64,000 nt of DNA, from sequence record LR756500.1, one strand, 5' to 3'. Shown here in pieces: positions 57,431 to 64,000 of the stretch. A program made the position numbers and the translations under genes. The notes beneath the pieces were generated by a model. The model saw only the letters and a list, made by a program, of their open reading frames with translations, was not told the origin of the DNA and made no database searches. The number at the start of each line of letters is the position of its first letter. Position 1 is the first letter of the stretch.

Positions 57431-57676
57431 TTATACTACATCACCTAATTGATCATCTTGTTTTGATAAATCAGCATCTTTTAATTTAGCTCTTAATTCT
57501 GCTAAAGCAAATGTATCTCCCTTCATTCTATTTCCTGCCATTTTCAATCTATCTAAATTAGATCTTAAATTATTCCACCAAGCTTTAGTTTTTGCTTTCT
57601 GCTCTTTTTCTTTTCTTGAATCACCAAATCCTAAAAATTCATTTAAAAATTCATCATACTCATATATGTACTTCAT
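57431..57676 (-). CDS. candidate head-internal protein
   Basis: MKYIYEYDEFLNE N-terminus; AAATATATA at 57694-57702. Confidence 0.6.
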   Translation of the reverse strand: MKYIYEYDEFLNEFLGFGDSRKEKEQKAKTKAWWNNLRSNLDRLKMAGNRMKGDTFALAELRAKLKDADLSKQDDQLGDVV

Positions 57677-57775
57677 ATAACCAATATTTAATTTATATAT
57701 TTCTTTTTTAAAAATTTTTTACTTTGGCCAATTGTTATTATATTTATAAATATTAAAATTTAATAAAACATATCT

Positions 57776-58090
57776 ATGAAACTTGCAGATCAAGGAGATT
57801 ATTTTGAATTAATTCAAACACTAAATAATAATTCTAAAACAAATCCAAAAGCAAATATACAAAATGACTTTAAAAGATTAGATAATCTATTTGATTTCAA
57901 AGAGGGTCATATGGAAAAATTAGTTTTTGAATTAAGTGACGAAATAAAAAAATACAGAAAAATGAAAATTAATTCTCATTTAGATGCTATAAAATTTTCC
58001 ATTCCAACCCTTATAAACAAAAATGCAAGTGAACTTACTGAAAGAGAAGTTAAACTAATTCTATTTGGATTTGAACTCAAAAATTTATAA
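57776..58090 (+). CDS. small paralog family member 1
   Basis: C-terminal IP.L.NK..ELTEREVKLILFG. Confidence 0.7.
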   Translation: MKLADQGDYFELIQTLNNNSKTNPKANIQNDFKRLDNLFDFKEGHMEKLVFELSDEIKKYRKMKINSHLDAIKFSIPTLINKNASELTEREVKLILFGFELKNL

Positions 58091-58155
58091 ACTTTATTTA
58101 AAATTTTTATCTTTTAAAAAATGTTATTAAATTTAATAAATTAAAATTATTCTTT

Positions 58156-58407
58156 ATGGATAACAATACCGATAATACTACATTAAAGTTTGATAAAATA
58201 TTTGGAGTATTAGATGGAACAACAAAAGAAATTCTAGAACAAATAAAACTTGAAATGAGTACATACGAAATTGAAAATATTAATAATTCATTGGATGCTA
58301 TTAAAAAATCTATTCCTAATTTATTAAACAAACAACCCGACGATCTATCAGAAAGTGATATTAAATTATTTATGTTTGGCTTAATACTAGGACTTAAAAC
58401 TAAATAA
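58156..58407 (+). CDS. small paralog family member 2
   Basis: IPNLLNK..DLSESDIKLFMFG. Confidence 0.7.
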   Translation: MDNNTDNTTLKFDKIFGVLDGTTKEILEQIKLEMSTYEIENINNSLDAIKKSIPNLLNKQPDDLSESDIKLFMFGLILGLKTK

Positions 58408-58408
58408 A

Positions 58409-58744
58409 ATGGAAAATAATTCTATAATAAAAATGATTCAATTAGTTCTAGATAATCCTGCAAATGAGTGTATGTCTACAACTAGTCGTGATCTTCTTAA
58501 AACTGCTATAACATCTTTAGGATTAACTATTAAAACTGAAGCATCAAACTTTTTATTAACCCATAAAATTTATGGAGATACAAATGCTCAATATCTCTAT
58601 ATAGTTAATATAAAAGAACATTCATTACTATGGGCAGCTAATAATGAAGGAGATTTAATGGATTTACTTTCTATACAATATGATTTAGATTCAGATCAAC
58701 TTGAATTAGTAACTATAACTGAAATCGCAAAAAACTTATCGTGA
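58409..58744 (+). CDS. hypothetical protein
   Basis: ORF track. Confidence 0.65.
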   Translation: MENNSIIKMIQLVLDNPANECMSTTSRDLLKTAITSLGLTIKTEASNFLLTHKIYGDTNAQYLYIVNIKEHSLLWAANNEGDLMDLLSIQYDLDSDQLELVTITEIAKNLS

Positions 58745-59031
58745 AAAAAATTAAAGATTATACAGATGTAGAAGTTGGTGATATGGCATTTGAAAATCCT
58801 GATGCTGGCGGAGAATTTAATATGAAATTAAAATTAAAACAAATAGTTTATCACAAAAAACTTTATTGGGGAAAAGAACCTATGAAGGTAGTAGGCATTA
58901 GGGAAAACGAAGTAGAACTTGAAGGTGATTACTCAGGTGGAACACATGCAGTTTGTCAAAAAAATTGGCTACCACTTAAAGGTGTATTATTGGCAGAAAG
59001 TGAGAAATCTTATTCAGAGATACTATCATAA
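58741..59031 (+). CDS. hypothetical protein (ELEGDYSGGTH)
   Basis: ORF track. Confidence 0.65.
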   Translation: MKKIKDYTDVEVGDMAFENPDAGGEFNMKLKLKQIVYHKKLYWGKEPMKVVGIRENEVELEGDYSGGTHAVCQKNWLPLKGVLLAESEKSYSEILS

Positions 59032-59261
59032 CCTTGTTTCTTATAATGTCTTAGGCAATCGATACATTATTTTTAAATTAAATTTAAATCATTAAATTAT
59101 GATACCATTTAAAAACAAAACAAATTTTCATAAAACAAGCATTCATAAAACAAGCAAAAAATTTATAATAGCAGCAATAACTTTTTTAATAATTTGGTTA
59201 AGTGTTATCGGATTAATCATTTATATAGCTTTTCATTTTATATCTAAATTTTGGTAATATT

Positions 59262-59579
59262 ATGAAAACAATTTTAGACGATAAATCAGCTGCAATATCT
59301 TTTACTAAACAAGAAGAAGTAACTAAAATAATAACTTTAAGTCTTACTCCTCTTGAATTTAAGATGCTTCTACTTAAACATAAACCTAAAGAAATCTTTC
59401 GCAAAAATCATGAGTTTAATAATGCATGGATTTTAATAAAAAACTATTCAGATAATGAAATAACTTATATTTTAAATTATCACGAAGATTCAACTTATCA
59501 AACATCATCTTACGAAGATTTTTATAAACAAATAAAATACTATATTAGAAATATTTTCTTTATTATTAACTTAAAATGA
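59262..59579 (+). CDS. hypothetical protein
   Basis: ORF track. Confidence 0.6.
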   Translation: MKTILDDKSAAISFTKQEEVTKIITLSLTPLEFKMLLLKHKPKEIFRKNHEFNNAWILIKNYSDNEITYILNYHEDSTYQTSSYEDFYKQIKYYIRNIFFIINLK

Positions 59580-59591
59580 AAGGAGTCTATT

Positions 59592-59759
59592 ATGAGCAAG
59601 TGGAGTGAATCATCAGATAAGTATTGTCCAGAATGTGGGAAAATTACAAAACATAAAATCTGGCATAATACCACAGATGCAAGTCGAGGAGACTACGTAA
59701 CAAAATGTCAAAAATGTGGACACGAAGAAGACTTAGCAGAAAGCGGTGAAGGTGATTAA
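59592..59759 (+). CDS. 55-aa Zn-ribbon protein (CPECG..CQKCG)
   Basis: Translated by hand; AGGAG SD; followed by a terminator. Confidence 0.7.
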   Translation: MSKWSESSDKYCPECGKITKHKIWHNTTDASRGDYVTKCQKCGHEEDLAESGEGD

Positions 59760-59785
59760 ATTTATCTATAACATTGTCAAATCTA

Positions 59786-59816
59786 TCAAAAAGTCCTTAT
59801 CTTAAGGACTTTTTGA
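59786..59816 (+). terminator. intrinsic terminator
   Basis: tcaaaaagtcctta / taaggactttttga. Confidence 0.85.
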
Positions 59817-59894
59817 TTATTTACTTTTTTCTTTATTTTTAAAATTCGGCCTTTATTATTATATTTACATATAATAAATTATTAAATCTTTAAT

Positions 59895-60146
59895 ATGGAA
59901 ACACAAGAAACTTATAAATCTTTTACAGAAGAAGTTGAACAGCTTTTTAATCTTAATCACGGGTCCTTTAATAAAATAGAACTTGATATCAGAAATGCTA
60001 TCAAATCTCTTAATGAAAAAGAATCTACATCAGAAGGAACTTCTACTATAATAAAAAGCTTTATCAATAAAGATTTAAAAGACTTAACTGAAAACGAAGC
60101 TAAAATGTTTCTTGGTGGTTTTATATTTGCATCAACTTTAATTTAA
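59895..60146 (+). CDS. small paralog family member 3
   Basis: FINKDLKDLTENEAKMFLGG. Confidence 0.7.
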   Translation: METQETYKSFTEEVEQLFNLNHGSFNKIELDIRNAIKSLNEKESTSEGTSTIIKSFINKDLKDLTENEAKMFLGGFIFASTLI

Positions 60147-60149
60147 AAT

Positions 60150-60407
60150 ATGAAAACGACATCTACATACAATGAAAATAAAGAAGTTCAAAAACATATA
60201 AACACACTTGAAAATATGTTAGGTGTCGAAAAAGGAAGTTTTATTGCAATACAAGAAAAAGTAAAAGAATTTAATACATTATATCCTGATGCAGATCCTA
60301 AAAAACTTCAAATTTTTCTTAAATCAATTACAAATGAAAAAAAACTAACTAAAAATGAAGCTTTACTTTATCTAACAGGATGTATTATGATATCTGAACT
60401 TAATTAA
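60150..60407 (+). CDS. small paralog family member 4
   Basis: LGVEKGSF..KLTKNEALLYLTG. Confidence 0.7.
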   Translation: MKTTSTYNENKEVQKHINTLENMLGVEKGSFIAIQEKVKEFNTLYPDADPKKLQIFLKSITNEKKLTKNEALLYLTGCIMISELN

Positions 60408-60409
60408 TA

Positions 60410-60667
60410 ATGGAAGAATCTGAAAATAATATAGAATCAGAAAATTTTAAAGTACTTGAAAAAGAATTTGATTTTCCTGAAAATTTTATACTTAATGTAG
60501 ACGGTGAATTAAATAATCTTATAAGCTCTAATTTAAATTTGAATGGTCTAGAAATTATTAGATTAGTTTGCAAACATTTTTTATCAGAGGAACCTTATTA
60601 TCTAAATAGAGATATATCAGAAGCATTTATCATAGGTTTTGCACTTGGATGCAAAGCTAAAAAATGA
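60410..60667 (+). CDS. small paralog family member 5
   Basis: GLEIIRLVCKHFLSEEPYY..AFIIGFALG. Confidence 0.7.
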   Translation: MEESENNIESENFKVLEKEFDFPENFILNVDGELNNLISSNLNLNGLEIIRLVCKHFLSEEPYYLNRDISEAFIIGFALGCKAKK

Positions 60668-60963
60668 ATTTATTAACTATTAGAACGATGGAACAATTTA
60701 AAAGAAAAATAGAAAGTTCAGATTCAAAAGAGGAATTTGATTTTGAATGTTATCCAAATACAGAACCTATTGAAATAGGTGAGTATTTTTTATTCTTTTT
60801 TGCTGGTATTGCAGATATAGGTAAATGTAGTTCTGAAAATGAAAAATCAGAAATAAACAAACATGACAGACCAAAACAAGAACATTTAATCGATCTTACT
60901 CATGGTTTTTGGAAGAATTGCTATAAAATAAAAACAACAAATTTTGACTTAAACACAATTTAA
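60664..60963 (+). CDS. hypothetical protein
   Basis: ORF track. Confidence 0.65.
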   Translation: MNLLTIRTMEQFKRKIESSDSKEEFDFECYPNTEPIEIGEYFLFFFAGIADIGKCSSENEKSEINKHDRPKQEHLIDLTHGFWKNCYKIKTTNFDLNTI

Positions 60964-61041
60964 TGTTGCTAATAACATTAAACTGTTTACTAAATATTTT
61001 TAAAATAACAAACTAATTTTTAATCTTTAAAATAAATTAAC

Positions 61042-61374
61042 ATGGATCTTAAAACTCAAAAAATTGAAATTTTCATCGGTGAAAAGCCTATAGTGTTAAA
61101 AAATGCTATAAATTTTATGAATAACAAAAATATACTTCCTATAAGTATTGGAAGTGAAATTCTTAAAGATGAAAGATTGTTTATGACAGTTTCATACAAT
61201 GAAGAAATAAATGATAAAAAATATTCATTAAAAGAAGAAGTAATTGGAAATATTAGTGATATTGATATCAAAGAAAAAATCCAAAATTCTTTTCCTGAAA
61301 CTAATGTACTTTGTCACGAAATGTTTGTAGATAATCTTGATATTGTTTATTTTGTATATTTAATAGAAAACTAA
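61042..61374 (+). CDS. hypothetical protein
   Basis: ORF track. Confidence 0.65.
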   Translation: MDLKTQKIEIFIGEKPIVLKNAINFMNNKNILPISIGSEILKDERLFMTVSYNEEINDKKYSLKEEVIGNISDIDIKEKIQNSFPETNVLCHEMFVDNLDIVYFVYLIEN

Positions 61375-61501
61375 TCATTAAATAAAATAAGTTTAAAAAT
61401 ATTAGATGATTTATCAGTTTGATATTTTTAAACTTTTAACTTTATTTTTAAATTTCGTCCTTTGTTATTAAATTTAATATTAATAAATTAAAATATTCAA
61501 T

Positions 61502-61948
61502 ATGGACATACTAAATATAAACAAAGAACTACATGGAAAAGGATACATATCTTTTAATCCAAGTCAAAAATATTTTACATTACAGGATATTCTTAAACTT
61601 CAAGAATTTTTAAATGAAACTTTTACAAATTTTAACGGTGGTTTTGGAATGTTTAATTTTGATGAACATATCATATCTGAAAAAGTAGGTGATATCATAT
61701 TTTCGTTTTCAGTACCATTTGAAATACGTAGTGATCAAGCAAGAAGAGTCTATAGAACTAAGCAAGATCCAGAATTTATGGCAACAATGCCATTCGTATT
61801 TAATTACAGAAATTGCATAGAACAACTAACTTGGTTAGAAACAATAATTTTCTTATGCGAAAACTTAAATATTCCATTTCAATACGATCCATCAATCATC
61901 GATATCATTATTGAAAAATTCAATAACCTTCAAAATGCAAAAGAATAA
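61502..61948 (+). CDS. hypothetical protein
   Basis: ORF track; promoter motif at 61455-61476. Confidence 0.65.
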   Translation: MDILNINKELHGKGYISFNPSQKYFTLQDILKLQEFLNETFTNFNGGFGMFNFDEHIISEKVGDIIFSFSVPFEIRSDQARRVYRTKQDPEFMATMPFVFNYRNCIEQLTWLETIIFLCENLNIPFQYDPSIIDIIIEKFNNLQNAKE

Positions 61949-62138
61949 AATTTATACTTTTTGCAAATGTAAACAAAAGCCTGAACTAGGATGGAAAATT
62001 CTACTACAGGGTTGGGTTTTTACTGGAACATGTACTTGTGGTGAATCTATAAATTATAAATCTAAACACATTATAGAAACAAAACAAATTGATGGTCCAT
62101 ATCAATGGTCTGATAATTGGATTACTGCACTCTATTGA
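61911..62138 (+). CDS. CxC..CxC hypothetical protein
   Basis: ORF track. Confidence 0.55.
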   Translation: MKNSITFKMQKNKIYTFCKCKQKPELGWKILLQGWVFTGTCTCGESINYKSKHIIETKQIDGPYQWSDNWITALY

Positions 62139-62295
62139 AAAAGGTGAACTTCCACAAAGAGTAAAAGATAATAACCCATATGGAGATTGGATAAATGATG
62201 TTATATGGACAAAATATAGTGAAAACGATATCAAAAACGGTCACATATCATTCGACGGTAAAAATGAAATACATCTACAAACCCTAATATCTTAA
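62089..62295 (+). CDS. hypothetical protein
   Basis: ORF track. Confidence 0.5.
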   Translation: MMVHINGLIIGLLHSIEKGELPQRVKDNNPYGDWINDVIWTKYSENDIKNGHISFDGKNEIHLQTLIS

Positions 62296-62297
62296 TC

Positions 62298-62552
62298 ATG
62301 GAACCACTAACAAACTTAGAAAAAGATGTTATCAGCTATTTAAAATACAACGGAGAAGAAGCTGCTACTTTCTATCTATCGGATAGATTACTAGACATAA
62401 AAATAAACGAAGATTTACAGAAAACTGGTGTTCTAAACAAACGAAATGACTACCCAGATGAAATAATAGAAGCAGCTAGAATGATGATAAATATCAAAGA
62501 TAAAGCTTATCAACTAGCTCATAATACAAATAATTTTATTTATAGTAGATAA
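62298..62552 (+). CDS. hypothetical protein
   Basis: ORF track. Confidence 0.65.
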   Translation: MEPLTNLEKDVISYLKYNGEEAATFYLSDRLLDIKINEDLQKTGVLNKRNDYPDEIIEAARMMINIKDKAYQLAHNTNNFIYSR

Positions 62553-62563
62553 ACAAATTTTAT

Positions 62564-62815
62564 ATGGAACAACTTTCAAAAGAACAAATGGAAAATGCAG
62601 AAATTCTAGCAGACGAATACAATCTTTCTGTTACGGAAATTCTTAACATAGAATCACAAATTAATAAATTAATCATTGAAAATAAAGATTGTACCGGATT
62701 TGAACTAATTAAAACTGTAACTAAACATTTTTTCAAAAGTGATCCCTACTACCAAGATAAACAAACTACTATCGCCTTCTTAACAGGCTTATTTCTAGGA
62801 ATAAAACATAGATAA
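62564..62815 (+). CDS. small paralog family member 6
   Basis: GFELIKTVTKHFFKSDPYY..AFLTGLFLG. Confidence 0.7.
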   Translation: MEQLSKEQMENAEILADEYNLSVTEILNIESQINKLIIENKDCTGFELIKTVTKHFFKSDPYYQDKQTTIAFLTGLFLGIKHR

Positions 62816-62982
62816 ACATATTATACTTAAATATATCAATCTTATCAGGGCCCAACAATCAAACTCTAAATATCAACTCTAACGGTCGCCTCCGCCTTTT
62901 TATTATTACTTTACCCATTATTTTTTACTATCGCCATTTGTTATTATATTTAAACTAAATATATAAAATAAAAAATAAAAAT

Positions 62983-63579
62983 ATGAAAAAATTAGAACAT
63001 GTACAATTATTCGAAGATTTCACTAAAAATCTTAATGAAAACAAATTTAATATTATATTTTATGACGAAGACTATCTATCTTATATCAAAAAAGAACTAA
63101 CTAAAACAAATTTCAAAAATTTAAAGATTCAAGATTTTAATTCAAAAGAAATACACGTTGAATTTGACTTTGATTTTGATGGAGAATCTCAAGTTAAAAA
63201 ACATCATACCTATATAGGTATTTACATCGATAATGATTTCAAAAATGGATCAATAATTCTTACATCATATGATAATAATATTACTTTAGATTCTCAATCA
63301 TACGAATTTAACGAAGACCCTTACAGTCCAGAAGCATTAATTGATATATTAAAAAATCATCTACTCGTAGATTACAATCTACCACAAATACCAAATCTAA
63401 TAGACTATCTAGATGATAACAAAAAAATAAATGACTATACCAAATATTGGATTAAACGATTTGAAAAAGAACCTTTTCTAATCAACAATTTCCCTAAAAA
63501 TATACTAAAACTATTCCCAAATGAAATACTTAAAAAATATAATCATATCTTAAATGCAAACGACTTTGGACTTATTTAA
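62983..63579 (+). CDS. candidate virion-associated protein with both terminal motifs
   Basis: MKKLEHVQLFEDF..LNE N-terminus; KYNHILNANDFGLI C-terminus; AAATATATA at 62957-62965. Confidence 0.7.
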   Translation: MKKLEHVQLFEDFTKNLNENKFNIIFYDEDYLSYIKKELTKTNFKNLKIQDFNSKEIHVEFDFDFDGESQVKKHHTYIGIYIDNDFKNGSIILTSYDNNITLDSQSYEFNEDPYSPEALIDILKNHLLVDYNLPQIPNLIDYLDDNKKINDYTKYWIKRFEKEPFLINNFPKNILKLFPNEILKKYNHILNANDFGLI

Positions 63580-63593
63580 TACTTAACAAAATT

Positions 63594-63628
63594 AAAAAAG
63601 CTCTTATTTATATTAAGAGCTTTTTTTT
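63594..63628 (+). terminator. intrinsic terminator
   Basis: aaaaaagctctta / taagagctttttttt. Confidence 0.85.
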
Positions 63629-63850
63629 ATTTACTTTTATCTCCGGACCGGAAATTTTTCAATACAACACCTAATCGACACCTTCTTTTCTACGACCCGA
63701 AAAAAATCTTACTTCCCCACCGTAGGAGGTATTCTCACAGTTCTAACATGGCCCATCCATACATGCATTATTATATATACATACATATATTTAGTATTGA
63801 TAGTATTATTTTTGATTAGATTAAAAATTTTTGATTCAATCTAATTTATC

Positions 63851-64000
63851 TGTACCTCTAGTAAGTTTGTACCTCTAGTAAAGTTTGTACCTCTAGTAAA
63901 GTTTGTACCTCTAGTAAAGTTTGTACCTCTAGTAAAGTTTGTACCTCTAGTAAAGTTTGTACCTCTAGTAAAGTTTGTACCTCTAGTAAAGTTTGTACCA
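63851..64000. repeat. tandem array of TGTACCTCTAGTAAAGTT (18 bp), about 8.3 copies
   Basis: First unit is 17 bp, followed by seven perfect units and a partial tgtacca; no spacers. Confidence 0.95.

Noticed and set aside
2000-59404. Antisense or alternative-frame ORFs in the track (e.g. 2000-2278, 3341-3628, 4380-4598, 5932-6132, 6268-6501, 12250-12705, 25584-26039, 30620-30970, 41768-42145, 42327-42671, 55054-55317)
   Set aside because: They are shadows of better-supported genes or lie in structured non-coding DNA; many have non-ATG starts and atypical composition.
62874-62946. attC-like site (ctctaacgg..gttatta)
   Set aside because: GTTATTA is part of the early promoter motif and there is no convincing stem.
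63851-64000. CRISPR array
   Set aside because: Units are directly adjacent with no unique spacers, and no cas genes are present.
1-64000. Integrase, reverse transcriptase (DGR/retron) or cas genes
   Set aside because: No R-H-R-H-Y tyrosine recombinase, YxDD RT or Cas motif was recognised in any ORF of this window.
1-64000. tRNA or rRNA genes
   Set aside because: No T-loop GTTCRA plus cloverleaf and no rRNA-like segment seen by eye; tRNAscan-SE was not run.

Overview
Very AT-rich, densely packed, mostly hypothetical-gene segment of a large (jumbo-type) bacteriophage genome. The evidence is a phage sigma-70 gene, T4-like head-targeting N-termini, recurrent early and late promoter motifs, and the absence of housekeeping operons. 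A Bacteroidota host is inferred from the sigma type and the lack of Shine-Dalgarno sequences. Genes run on the minus strand to about 11.0 kb and mostly on the plus strand afterwards. Recognisable products are a ClpP-like protease, a MazG-like pyrophosphatase, a GNAT, a Hef/Vsr-like endonuclease with a Mom-like domain (containing an N gap), a GT2, an RlmN-like radical SAM, an LRR protein, KamA, peptidase C26, YqhA, a metallophosphoesterase, two PolX-like proteins, IS607-like HTH+TnpB, sigma-70, a further radical SAM and a HAD phosphatase. The main discovery is an integron-like gene-cassette system at 1.8-13.1 kb. About 20 attC-like hairpin sites (RYYYAAC...GTTRRRY) separate small ORFs, and most cassette bodies are bounded by their own 7-14 bp complementary core pair. 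The two arrays point inwards and each starts at one copy of a 98-bp inverted repeat that behaves like an attI site. No integrase is present in the window. Other notable items are a domain-permuted PolX, shared N- and C-terminal peptide signals, a six-member paralog family and an 18-bp tandem array at the window end. No tRNA, rRNA or CRISPR array was recognised. All motif calls were made by eye and no database search was run.
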